This document shows, one piece after another, positions 25,210 through 38,300 of a stretch of 64,000 nucleotides of DNA; position 1 is the first letter of the stretch; every line of letters starts with the position of its first letter. Position numbers and translations under genes: made by a program. The notes beneath the pieces were generated by a model that saw only the letters and a program-made list of their open reading frames with translations, did not search any database and had not been told where the DNA came from. Source of the stretch: Vicugna vicugna (Eukaryota); contig MU058213.1 of NCBI GenBank assembly GCA_013265495.1, forward strand, positions 3,162,001 through 3,226,000, read 5' to 3'.

Positions 25210-27149
25210 TAAGTTTTTACATCTGTATAATACTTGTTTCCTTCTTTAGTTCTGGGAAGTTTTCAACCACAATTTCTTCAAATATGTTTTCAATCCCCTT
25301 TTCTTTTTCTTCTTCTTCTGGGACCCCTGTTATGTGTAGATTGTCACATTTTATATTATCCCAAGGGTCTCTTATACTGCTTTTATTTTTTTTTCATTTG
25401 TTATTCTGTCTGCTGTTCTGATTGGGTGATTTCATTATTCTATCTTCCAGATAACTTATTCATTCTTCTGCATTGTTTAGTCTGCTATTGTCTTTAGTTT
25501 GGCTTTCATCTCAGGAATTGAGTTTTCTGGATCCTCTTTATAGTTTCTTTTTAGAGTAATGTGCATTTCTGTTAGTAGCCTCTCTTAATCCCTTCAGTAT
25601 TTTTATTATCTCCTTTCTGAACTCAAGTTCTGGTACACTGTTGGAAGTCTATTTCATTGTTTGTTCTTTCAGAAGATTTCTCTTGTTCTTTTAATTGGGA
25701 GTGGCTCCTCTGCTTCTTCATTTTACTTCTATTTCTCTGACTGTATGAATTTAGGAGTAACAGTTATCTACTGCGGTCTTGAAGGGTTGTTTTTATGTGG
25801 GAGTCTCCCTGTGTAGCCTGTATGCCTCTAAATATTTTTGTTGCAAGGGCTGTTTTTAGTATGGATGGTGGCCACGTCTTTCCTCCGTGTGTGCTGGCTG
25901 TTATCCCCTTGATGGGGATGTGGTTGGTGGTGTGGTGAGCAGAGCCTGCAGTGGATGTTGAGTGTGGCCTCCTCACTGCTCTGTGGTTGTCACAGCCCTG
26001 GTAGGGGCAGAGTCTGCTCCTCAGCTGTTAGAGCAGAAGCCCCCAGATCTGTTTCTGAGCTGCAGTGTGTGGTAGGTGGGACTGGAGCACTTCTGCTGGG
26101 AGAGGGACCACTGAGTATTCCTTTGCAGGAGCTGTCCACTGGGAAGTGCCCTCTGTGGTGTCACCTGTCACCGGCTGTGCAGGCTCACAAAGTATACTGT
26201 TGTTGGCACTGCCCTCAGCCCCACCTCAGCCATGGGAACACAGGCAGCCTCTCCTGGTGTCCCTCATGTGCTATGCTCATAGAGTGAGGACTACGTAATC
26301 AGTGCGTAGTCACACACCTGGACCCCTCATGGGCTACAGAGTCAGCCCAGACCCCAGCCATGCTGGACCTGCCCCAGCCATGCACCAGTATTCTGCTCAG
26401 ATGTCCTGCAGGAACTGAGTTTACAGAGGCACTGGGGATAAATCTGTCAAAGCTACCTGGGACTCAGCCCAAATTTCAACCCATCTCTGCCTGGGGGCAA
26501 CCTGCCAGCGACTACCCCGTTTCAGAGCAAGCCAAGAAGGAAACTGCTACGGTGGTGTCCCACCCCTCCCTTCGTGAGGGGGGTAACAAAGGGGCTTCAG
26601 TGGTGCACCTGGGCTTTGTTGCACATACTCCCAGTTTAAGCCCATAGCCCACTCTAGTCCCTGCAGGCTGTCTTGGGGCAGCCAACCCCAGTCCTCTCCC
26701 CGGGTCTGTCCTCTGAAGCCCGAGCTTCAGCACCCTGTCCTGGCACGCGCCAGTGGGCTCGTGTTTCAGGCTGGGGCATCATGACCCTCTGTGCTGGTTT
26801 CTCTGTTCCATCTGCCGCCAAGAGGCTGCTGCACTCTCCTCCAAGCCTGTGAGGCTCCCCTTCTGTCCCAGCTGATCTCCCCACTGGTGACGGGGCTCCC
26901 CAGGTTGAGGGGACTCTTCCTCTCTCACTGCTTCCTCCTGGGCAGGGCACAGGTCCTGTTCCAATTCTGGTTCTTTTTTTTTTTTTACTACCCGTTTACA
27001 TGGAGATTTTTCCTGTAGCTCCAGTTGTTAAGATCTGCCAGAGTTCAGCAGGTATTCTGTGAGAACTGTCCCACACGGAGAAGCATTTTTGATGTTCGTG
27101 GGAGAGGGTGAGCTCCACGTCCTTGTAGCCTGTCATCTTGAAGCCCCCC
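25210..27149 (-). mobile_element. L1 5' portion (5' UTR plus degenerate first half of ORF1), 3'-truncated
   Basis: The minus strand starts GGGGGCTTCAAGATGACAGGCTACAAGGACGTGGAGCTC (L1 5' end-like) and continues through a GC-rich UTR. Broken ORF1 pieces follow from 25721: MKKQRSHSQLKEQEK, SRLNNAEE*ISYLEDR, WDNIKCDNLHITGVPEEEE and IENIFEEIVVENFPEL. Confidence 0.85.
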
Positions 27150-29035
27150 TTCGAGAGGATTACAGAGAAGTTTCTAGACTTAGCTATTTCTATTAATTTG
27201 CTTCTACTCAACATTTATGGAACTACTCTAGGTAAGGCACTTTGCTAGGTGTCACTGGGTATAAAAATTTCAAATCTAAAATTCAATTTCACAGCCTATT
27301 CAGAGAAACAGCCACAAGCAAATAACTACTTATGGCACTATAAAACTAAAAAAGGTTAAGGGCAAGAATTAAAATGAACCTATCAGATTAATGGAATAAA
27401 CTTTTCTTATCAAATTTTAGACTATTCTTTATTCGTCCAAGGTTGGCCTTCCTACTTTGATGTCAGACTGTCTTTTCTTTAATAAAATAGTGGCTCTTAG
27501 GGAGTTTTCCCCTCATCATAACTAGCTTAGTCACTAATGTTTCTGACTCCAGGCTCCTCCTTCACTTTTTCCTATAATTTACTGGCCTATGAAATCAAAA
27601 TGTCTGAGTTCTCCTGATAAACATAACTCAAAACAGCAAAAATGAAGAGAAGTCATTAAAGGAGTGGGTTCTGAGTTGAGTCCTAAAGAGAATATAAGAC
27701 TTTGAGATTGCCTAAGGTGGCAAGAAAATGCTAGTAGGAGACACCAGGTTAGGTGTGAGTTGTGAACTATAAGGGAGACCAGTTCTGAATGGCAGCAATG
27801 GGAAAGGAAAAGCAAATCCATGCAAGAGATATTAGCAAGAAAGAGTAGAACCTGATAACTAGACATGGAGGTAAGAGGGATAAAAGTACAAACATGATCA
27901 ACTCTGTGACAAGGCATCTCTAATACAGAACACCCAAATGACACACTCGGCTAAGTGCCAGAGAGGTTTGCCATCTGACTTCATACTGTAGACTCCACAG
28001 CTGCCCTGCTCCTGTACTGTTAATTATCCTTGAAGAAGTTGTTGCTATTAGAGCTGATCTAAGCTTTGGAGAAAAACAGGTTAAAAACAGAAGTTACTTA
28101 CTACAAAAAAAATGAAAAAAAAACCCCACATCAGTCTCAACTGGTGCAGCTGCTGTTAAATTCTGAAACTTTCTTGCAGGAAAAGCAATCCTGTTTGTTA
28201 ATGGGATGTTTTCTAGAAAACATGACTAACCAACGGTCTAAACCTTAAATTATCAAAGTAATTGTAAAAAATACCATTTAAAATTTTTACTGATGAAGGA
28301 AAACAAGTGAAGCTTAAGAGATCCTAAAAACAAACAAGAAAACTATAGATAAATTCATAAAAACTTTAAAAAGACATAGAGGGTTTTTACCTTATTGCTT
28401 CTATTCATCAGTTTTATTTTTCTATAATTAACATGTATTACTAGTGTGAGAAAACAAATTGTTTCTTACATACCAGTTATGTGACATCATAGTTCTATAA
28501 TGAAATTCATTTTCTGACAGAGTTCTAGCCATAGTCCTTTTCCTGTCAGGTTCTGCAATAATATAACGTAACATAACACAGGTGGAACACATGTTCTCCA
28601 TGCTCCTTTCTAATCTGTTTAAATGCAGGCTCTGATATTTTTTCGTTATATATTGGTCAAATTAAATTACTTAACCTAAGTTTTGGGTTTTCTCAACTAT
28701 GAAATAAGTACGAATGAAAACAATCTATATCACAGAAGGTTGTTTAAAATCATATGAGAAAGTAAGTTAAGCACAAGGCCTGATCAACAATAAACCCTCA
28801 ATATTTGCCTAATGTCTCAAAGCTGAGCAAAGCAATGTATAATAATGTGGAAGATGCTGGCTCATGAAGTATTTTCAGCAGTGAAGTGTAACGTGGGGGA
28901 GAAAATGTCCAAGCTATAGACAACGGAACCTCAAGCTTAAATGTAGAAAAATACTGGCCTCAGTGAATCCAGTTTACATCACTGTTAAAACTGTAATATT
29001 ATAAACTGCCTTATAAAAAGCATTAAATAGCATAC

Positions 29036-29095
29036 CTCATGATTGATGACAGTCCAACCACAAGATGAATCACTGTCACTGGAATTTTCAGACAT
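29036..29095 (-). CDS. CCPG1: CCPG1 exon 2 coding part (start codon; LIR motif WTVI)
   Basis: The exon spans 29104-29036 (ttgtag| acceptor, GAG|gtatg donor). Translates [20 protein letters not shown]. The summed CDS of the long isoform is 2433 nt = 810 aa plus stop. Confidence 0.97.
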
Positions 29096-30271
29096 TTTTC
29101 AGGTCTACAAATACAAAAACATATTTACATGTGGGACACACTTTTTAAAAATTCTATAGGAAGCACTATATGTGACCTAAGTACAAGAAGTGGCTTACTG
29201 CCGTCCAGGTGAAATGGAGACAACCCACCCAGAGACTTCCCATACAGGACATGCTTGCACACCTGTATGAACAAATACAACCAGACTCTTAAGATGAGAT
29301 CTCCCTGAGCCAGAATAGTCTAGACAGTCATATTGTTGGAATGAAAAAGCAAGCTGGGTCTGAAAGAAAATACAGGATTTGGCCAAGCAGAACCAGAAGG
29401 AAAAGAGAACAATTTGTGAGGAAGTCAACCGTTGAGAAAATGATGAATGGGAAACAGAGAGCAAGAGCCTATGTCTTCAATGTGGTGGGAAAATCATGGC
29501 TGAAGAAACCATGTGGGGAAAATGGAAGAGTTCCAAGACCAAGCAAAATTAAGTCTACTGTGTTGTCAACAAGAAACATATTTTCAAGAAGGGGAGGAAC
29601 ACGATCAAACGGTTTTTAGGAAAATAAAGTCGGTAATACTTCACTTAGATTAAAACAGGAGAAGAAAAAGACCAGAAGCTGGTTAGAAACTTGTGGTCAT
29701 TGGCTACTACCTAGACAGGCTCATGTCCTCAGCCAGCACACATTGGTCACTCTGCCTGGTTCATTCTACCCTATCTGAAACTCCTATTTAAACTTCAAAA
29801 ACAAGCTCATTAAAGTAAATAGTATCTTACTGACTTCATTCTATACAAGTAAGTCTTACAAGTGCTTCTATTACTGCGAATTTACTCAAAACCCATTATA
29901 TTCAAGTTGATGGTTAGTGTTCTAACAGAATTCCACTGCAGACAATTAGATATGGAACCAGTGCACAAATGAGAACTGGGCAAAAAATATACATTTGAAC
30001 TTTCCATTAGTCATTCTGGAAACTCTTGTAAATTAATATTTTAAAAAGAGAAGCTACAAAGAGGTGGCTGGTCACAAACAGTATAAAACTTAGTATGTTT
30101 TCAGACAAATTACTCAAAATCTAACATAAAGATGACTGTGTGACTTTTAATGTCATGCTAGAACATTTTATAAGTTCACCTCAGGTCATCTGATTGTTTG
30201 ATTTCCTATTTATAACTGATTATAAGACCCAGGCAGTTTCTAACTCCATAAATTTAAAGGTAAATTTGTAT

Positions 30272-30298
30272 AAAACAAAACAAAACAAAACAAAAAAA
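30272..30298 (+). repeat. (CAAAA)n microsatellite
   Basis: AAAACAAAACAAAACAAAACAAAAAAAA; a similar tract lies at about 33722-33749. Confidence 0.9.
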
Positions 30299-32642
30299 AT
30301 TACAGTGAAATAAAAAATTTTTTTTCTGTCCAGTAGAGAATACTATCCCAAAGGCTACAGTTTAAATACCCTCTAGGATATTAACCAATTTTATAGCTTA
30401 ACAATTTTATTTCAGTATTCCTTATTTAAACTGACTACATAAAGCCCAACTTCTCATCAAACCAGTTTTCATGAGTGTAAAAAAAAAACTCTGATATGTC
30501 ACTATCTTATTTGAATTGTTTGATAACAGTCTGAAAGTTCTGGGTGGATATATGAGACTACACAAAGACTGAGCAATTAACTTTGCAGGAGGAAAGAAGA
30601 ATTGTCTGAGAAGGCTTTATAAATGAGGCTGTCATGTTTTTAGACATGCTAGACAGCATGTTTTTTTAACTGAATTACTTGCCGAATTTTTTAGATTGAG
30701 AGATACTACAAAAAAAAAAAATAAAGTTCTAGTTCCTCATTACTGGGTGTGGGGGGGGGGGGATATGATGATACTGGAAGGATTTCCCAAGAGGTAATGG
30801 AAACAAAAGCAGAAAAAAATAAAGAATAAGAAAGCTGTAAGAAAGGTGATTAATCTAGTATGAGTAAAGCATTAAAAAATGAGATACCTGAAAATCAGAA
30901 TCTTTAAAAGAGCACATATTAAAATAAGGAAGCAACTAACGGGCTCTATACCTGTGGGATACAATGCAATATTCTGTGAAAAAGATGAGCACCTAAATTT
31001 AACTAGTATTGAGGGGGAGAGGGTAAAGAGGATGGGGAGGAGTTAGGAGAAATTTGAGAAGACAGGAAAGATTTTTGAAGGATTGAATAACCAAATATAG
31101 AAGGGAGAAAGCATAGAGTATTCCTGGTTTAAGTGGCTGGGTAATTGGAGAAACCATTCTATATAGAACAAAAAGTAGGTAAGGCTTTGAGATTAAGAAA
31201 ACTGGCTGAAGTCTAAAAATGTATTCATTCTTTACCATGTGAAAGCTCTTCTCCCCCTTGCAAGACCTCGGCTCTCAGCCTTCTCCAGTAGCCCACATTC
31301 TCAGTGCTGCGGCTCCATCTCACACACACCTCCCTCCAGATTTACCAGTGTTTCATCTTCTTAACAACCTTCCAAACTTCCTGGGCTGCAAGACCCACTC
31401 AGGGATATTTAATGTGTATCTATCTCCTACCCTTATCTAGGTAATGTCCACTTAAAACAGTTCTTTTAAAGAGACAAATTATAGCTTTTGTTTTCTAAAA
31501 CTCTAATTGCTCAGGCAATGAAATAAACAAAGACAACATTTCAAAAGAAAGTTACATACATTGCTAAACTGGGACTTTAGCATATCTGAAATATTCCTCA
31601 AATATAGGAGCCTACTTTAATCAGATCTAAGTTTAATTCTTTGTTTACTTGTCCTAGACGAAGAACAAGCTTGACATCTAGCCCAAATGAGGGAAAAAAG
31701 ATTGACCGTAACACCACTGTAACAGTTTGGATAAGCAAAATTCACAGCCCAACCACAGAATCGTCTTAAATCAGCTGTTTTCAAAAAGCTGGGTGCATGC
31801 ACATCAATTAAAGCAAGATTTTAAAAAGTAAATTTCTGAGCCCCAACCTAGACACATTGTCTCTGAAAGCTGCCACTGCATTTGAACCTCCCCACTACAC
31901 CCAGTTATCTTCCTAAAATGATAGTATTATTTGTCACTCCTTAAAAATGTTAAGATTTTTTAGTACTGTCTTGAGGAGAATACCCACAAGCCATAAAAAT
32001 CAAGTGTTTTGTCTCTAGCATCTAATCCTCTCTTGCTCAGTTCCCTCCCTTTTCCCTCTACCTTTTCAATTCCCCTAAAAAGCTTGGCTTTCTCTTAACT
32101 TTAGGGCTTTGAATATTCTGATCTCAGTTCCCCACCCCGTTACCTCCACCCAAACTCCTGTGCCCACCCTTCCCATCTCAACTAAGGCATCACTTTCTTT
32201 GTGAACCACTCCCTGACCATTCTACTACTTAGAATACTGTGCTATAATTGCTTGCTTACTTGCCTGTTAACACATTCAATAAAGAAAAAAGGTAACATTT
32301 CTGGGTCATGATGCAGTTAGTGACACTTAAACATCGTTCCTCAAGAAGCTGAAAATTCTAGAGGAACTCATGAGATTCCTCTCCCCATTATTTTGGCCAC
32401 AGGTAAATGTCTAAACCTGTCCCACTTTGAGGGCTTTACTAATAATAACTTAGAACTAAGCAGACTTTATGGGAAAGTTACAAAGGCACAATCATACAAA
32501 GTTATGAAGGTAAGAGGACTTTATGAAGATGATCAACTTGAAGCTCTTTTCTAAACTCAGCTTTCTTTTATTCCTCAGGGTAGTTCCTTTATCCAAATCT
32601 CGAGTCACATTTCCCTACTGCCTTTTGGATGACCACTCATAG

Positions 32643-33230
32643 TGAAGGAGGATTAATAAAATGGCCACATTTAGGCTAACAGATTGCTTATTCTTATGCT
32701 TGCCCTAAAAACTGACTGACCAGTTGCTACTCACAGCTCCCGGCCCGTTGTTAAAGCTATTAATTTTACTGTTTCTGCTTTATTCTAGTAATCAAAAGTA
32801 ATAATCATATTTGGTTTCTGAGTTGTTCTGCAGGGAGAAAGTCATGGAACTGTAACCTTACAAAACAGGCTCAATACCAAGAAGACCACACCTTGGACAC
32901 TTAACGAGATAAAGATATGGAAAAAGTGGCAACAAACTTATAAAGAATTGGTCGCCTGGAGGCATCATGACACCACTCTAAGTCTTATGACAAGAAAATA
33001 ATTCTGTTGATTGTTATCAATGCTTTATTGTTTGAGCTATGGCTATATAATCACCCCACCCCACCCCAGCCCATCCCGCAGGTGGTTCACAGTTTTGAAG
33101 GCACTAGCCAGTTTTGAGTCCCCTTTGCCCAGCAAAGTAATAAAGCTGCCTCTTTTCTTCTAAGCTCCAAGACCCTGTCTCTGAGTTTCAATTTGGTTTG
33201 TCAGGGACGGGGGCTGATCTTTTGGCAACA
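32643..33230 (+). mobile_element. Solo LTR, ERV1-like
   Basis: TG...CA termini (TGAAGGAGG...TTTTGGCAACA), a TATA-like CTATATAA near 33043, AATAAA near 33139, and 4-bp near-identical flanks ATAG/GTAG. Confidence 0.75.
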
Positions 33231-34069
33231 GTAGGTTTCTCAGGCATTTCAAATACAGTATCTACAAAACTAAGATCATCTTCCCGCTGCACTTTCTATT
33301 TTTGTTATCTCACAGACTAGCATTAGCCAAAAATAATATGGCTGCAAGCAAAAGTCACCAGACATCAGGTCAAAAATCCTAGATTTAGGATAGCTACATT
33401 TGGGATAACTTAAACTTCGCCTTGACCCCAAGACCCAAGCCCAACTTCATCCTTTCCCACTTCAATTACTGTGACAGCTCTTTAACAAACCTCTGCCTGC
33501 AATTTCAAATTCCCCTCCAGTCACTTCTTCACCAGGCTGCCCATACTAAGTTTATCCTAAAACATAAATCTGACCACTTCATCACTTAATCACTTAAAAC
33601 TGGTCTCCACTGCCTTCAAGATAAAATCCAAACTCCTGGCCTCTCTTACTCCCTCATCTTCTGAGATGGCCCATACTCTATCTATGGAGTGCACATCATT
33701 CTAAACAAATCTACTTTCACTCAAAACAAAACAAAACAAAACAAAAAAACTCCTATAATAGCTTTCAGAATGGAGACAAATCATTTAAATTGACTCTCAC
33801 TTCGTAAGAAACCCTATAGAACATTTCTTCACAACATGTAAGATTTTATTTGTAGAATTCTATGGAAGAGAATTTGACACTAAGTATTATAAACATATGG
33901 TTTCAATACAGAATTTGGCACATGGTCATATTAGGATGTAAATTTAGTGCATGGATTCTCACATTTCATTTACAAAGCTACTTATGGTAGAAGGACTGCA
34001 CCACACAAGTATTATCACACACTTCAGCAGACAGGAGGCCTACAGTTAATACCATTTTTAAATTCATCC

Positions 34070-35330
34070 CTTTATCCATCTTTCATTCAATATTTACTGA
34101 GTTCTTAGCACATGCAAGGTACTGAAAATATACCAATGTACAAAACACATTAGAGTCTTGGGGCTGGGGCTTAAATTCTATCGGTAATTGATTATGTTGA
34201 ACTTTATCTGAGCCCTGTGCTCCAGGAAAGCAAGGAAGATTGAGAAATTTCCCTATTCTGTTTTGTGTTGGGACAAATAGCTAACCGTGCAAAGGACCAA
34301 CCTGTTCTCACAAAATCCTAAGACTCACTTCCACCCATCCTGAGTCCCTTGTTTACCTGCCTCTATAAAACTCCTTGGTTTTCTTCCTCTTTGAGATATT
34401 CATGAACGAACTTTCCCTACTGCAATACTCTGAATTAAAAATCATCAACTGTCTTGTGCATTTCATCTTTCACACTGGAGTCATCCAATAAACAACATAA
34501 ACAGGTAGAGTATATGGTGTATTTGATGGTATTATTTCCTACTATGGAGAAAGCCTGGGAAAAGAGAATAGAAATTGCTGGGTTGGAGGAGCTTAATTCT
34601 AAAAAGATGATCAGCAAAGGCTTCCTCAAGAAGGTACACGTGAGCAAAGATTTGAATGGGTGAGCGAATTACTGTGCAGCTAACTGAGGGGACAGTTTTT
34701 CAGACCAAAGGAAAGGTAGGTACAAAGTTGGAACAAAGCCCCTATCTCTGAGAAACAACAAGGAGGCTGTGTAGTTGGAGAGCAGTGGCCCAGCAGGAAA
34801 GTGGGAAGAGGTGAGGACAGAGAGAGAATGGAGAGGGAGACAGATGAAGGCCTTATAGATCCTAAGATTTTTTATACTTAAGTGAAACTAAAAGTCACAG
34901 AAGAATTTTGAGGAAAGGATTAAGAAAGACCACACTGACTGCCCTACTGAGACAGCACTGTGAGGGAACAAAGGCAGAAGACCCTTTGCAAAGCTACTAT
35001 AATAATCCAGGTGAGATGATGGTAATTTGGCCCAGGATGGTGGCAAAGACAGTGAGAAGTGGACAAATTATCCATACATCTTCAAGGTATAGCCAACGGG
35101 ACTTCCTGATGTACTAAATATCAGGTATGAGGCATAATCCCTGTCCTAAACAAATAGAAGAGCAGAATGGCCATTGAGACAGGAAGACTTCAAAAACAGC
35201 CGATTATGAAAGGAAAATTGATAATTGGGTTGAGGGCATATCGTATTTGAGACAGCTATTATCACTTCCAAGTAGAAATATCTAGTAGGTAGCTGAGGAC
35301 TGAATTAAGAGAAAGTTTGGGGCTTAAAAC
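34070..35330 (-). mobile_element. L2 LINE interrupted by an LTR-like fragment (~34195-34475)
   Basis: CATTCAATATTTACTGAG L2 tail and purine-rich L2 body. The internal TGTTGAACTTTATCTGAGCCCTGTGCTCC...CTATAAAA segment is LTR-like. Confidence 0.6.
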
Positions 35331-38300
35331 ATAATTTTAAAACACTTTAGGTCACAGCTGCCAAAACTAATAACACAGCAACTATTTAACTTTACCTCAA
35401 CAAAGTACAACTGGAGTGACTGCTACCTGATATGGTGCCCCTCATGGTTCCTGAGTAGCTACATTTTTGCTATGCAGAGGGTAAGGTTTCTGTTGCTGTA
35501 TCTTCTAGAATTGGACATGATGGAGAAGAACGGGGGCATTGTTCTCCCACACGTCTACAGTTCCAATGTAAGCCAACCAATGGGCTGTGAGCAAAAGTCC
35601 CCAAAATGCTGCTGCACTGTAAAGGTGGTCAAAGATGAGTCAGTCAGGCTAGATAGCTTTCAAGAACCTATTTCTATAATGCTTTTCAAAGGCTATGGCA
35701 CTTTTATCTCCCCCAAAGGATATGAAAATGCCTGCATTTGAGTTAGTTGGAGAAAGGAAAGAGGATCCAAGATCCCAACTAATAAAAACATTCAAGATGT
35801 CCTTTATATTATATATTTGGTCCAAGAACAATCCTACAGATATAAACAAGCAGGATACGTAGTAATTCAGTTGCTGGTGAGTACTGTGGAGAAACATAAA
35901 GCAAGGGGGAAAACTGAATGCAGGGAGTAGGGGTGGTACTAGTATTTTAAGTAAGGTTGTTAAGGGAGGCCTCCCACCAACATGAGGTTACCTATTTCTC
36001 CACAATCTCATCAACAAAGTAACAACCATCTTTAACTTCTGATCATGCTATGAGCCAAAACAAAAAATCAAGAAAGAAAAACAAAAAAACTCCCTATTTT
36101 AGTATGTTCTTCCCAAGACTTAGGGGGGTTGTGCATCTTTTCCTGTTAACTGGCTATCCTTATTTTATTTTCTGTGAATTCTCTGATGTTCCTCTCTGAA
36201 CTTTCCTACTGGGCTGCCTTTGCTGATTTTCAGAAATTCTTTTAAATTGAGTGATGAATGAATTCACTGCTTTATCTACTGCAAATATATTTTTCTAGCA
36301 TGCTTCAACTAAAAAAAAATCTATCATAGATATGTTTTTTTTCTGGGCTTTTTTTTTATCTTAGATATGTTTTTAAACTTTATCCAGTCAAATGTTGAGG
36401 ATGGAGAATTGGGTGTCTTTATACCATCTACATTTTACATTTTGCTTTAGAAAGTCTTTCCTACTCCCGAAATTGTAAATTATTCTATTTTCTACTAATA
36501 CTTCTTCAGAATTTTGGTTTTTACATTCAGCTATTTAATCTATGCATCTAGATTTGTTTCCCTCTTAGTGTGAGGCAGAAATTATGTCAATTATTAAATA
36601 CTGCATACTTTTCCTATGATTTAAAATGCCACTTTTTGTCACATTAAGTCCCATACATTTATGAATCAGTTTCTATAGTCTCAGTTCCAATGATCTATAT
36701 TCCAGCACCAAAACAATGATGCTGTTTTAATTACTATGGGACGCCTCACTTTCTACAGTGCCATTTTTCAACTCTTTCCTCGGCCCCTCCCTAAACACAC
36801 ACAATGCTAACACTTACATACAGGCAACAATGAAATTGATTGCAGGTTACATACAATACTTAGTCCAAGTGCTAGGATTTTTTTACTTCCCACTCAAAAG
36901 TCCCCTGTGATGTTGAGAATAAGTATTCTGTACAATAAAGTCAAACTCCTCAGAGTGACATCCAAATGCTTCCACCATCTGGCTTTAACCTAGCTTGCAA
37001 TTGATTAGTTCTCTCCTACAGAACTATCTCACCTGATCAAAGTATCTACTTGCTACAAGTATAGGAGGACAGCCCTACCTCCATGTCTCCACTTACTCAA
37101 GCCACACTTTCTGGAATGCTTTCCTCCTTCCTTTCTTCAGATTTCTAGCCTTCCCCTGAATGTACAGCATTTACTTCTTACTTCTTAGCATAACTAGCCT
37201 AATGGGAGCTTCCATTACTTTATTTCATGAACTACTTTACTAATTAGTATTAAGTTCAAAGCTTTGGTAAGGAGCTCCAATTTTACTTTTAATGTCTTCA
37301 TAACAGCATAAAAAATTTAACTGTTCTCTACTAGTCAGAAGAAGTCATATAATACATACATAATACACTCTCAACTTTAATCATTTTAATATTCTATTTT
37401 ATCTACAGAAAAGGACATACAAGCATTTACTCAGATTAGGAACTAAAGGATCAGAAATAGTAATGAGCTTCAGGTCTAATTTCAGGTCTAGCCCCACCCT
37501 TAAGCTTGCCTCAAACATACCACAATCACAGATGTTTTCATTCCTGCCTATTTTCAAAAGGGATCTAGGGCCACTAAAAATCAGCAACCACCACAACGAA
37601 GGGGTTGAAACAGAAAAGCTTAAGAAATCCATTATTGCCTAACAATTTCACCCACAGCTATGTGTGGCAAGTAGTTGCTCACTTCAGTTTCCTATTAAAA
37701 AGTCTCCAGTAGCAAGGAAGGAAAATCTGATGATGCCCAATGCCACACGACCCTAGTGGTCGGGCCCATTACTGTGCTTCTTACTCTTAAAAAGACCTCT
37801 GACAAAAGCCTAACAATCCATCAAGCAAGGGGAAAGTCTCCAGCTGGAGCCTATGTACTACTTCGTCTTACTTTCAGCAGTCAGACAGTGATGCTCTTGT
37901 GTGTCTATCAGGAGACCAGCTTCCCTGATGTACCACTGAAGATGATCTCAATATACCATTAAAGGTACTGAAGTCTAGTTCACATCTACACAAAGGCATT
38001 TGACCCTTCAATTGTGTAGCACAGACAGTCCCCATAAAAGTACCATGCCTAACCTCACCCTCAACCTAAATTTTTCTTTGTTGTGATGTCTGATCTACCA
38101 TGTTAACAAATCACCAAATTAAAAAAAACAAACAAAAAACCTATTGAATCATCTTCTTATTGAAACGTTGTTAAGCACAAGGCAGACACATTTTCAAGCA
38201 TCTTCTCTGTAAGAATCATCAGTAGAAATTTCTTTCTTTCTGATGGTACTGTTAGAATAACTGAGCTTATTCTGAGAAGTTGGCTAAGGTAATTGAAGAG

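Noticed and set aside
25234..27214. Cluster of 60-110-aa ORFs on both strands
   Set aside because: All lie in the GC-rich L1 5' UTR/ORF1 remnant; ORF1 itself is broken by stops and frameshifts.
35700..35790. Faint resemblance to a ribosomal-protein processed pseudogene end (AFELVGERK...)
   Set aside because: The upstream translation matches no ribosomal protein I know in any frame, and there is no poly(A) tail or TSD.
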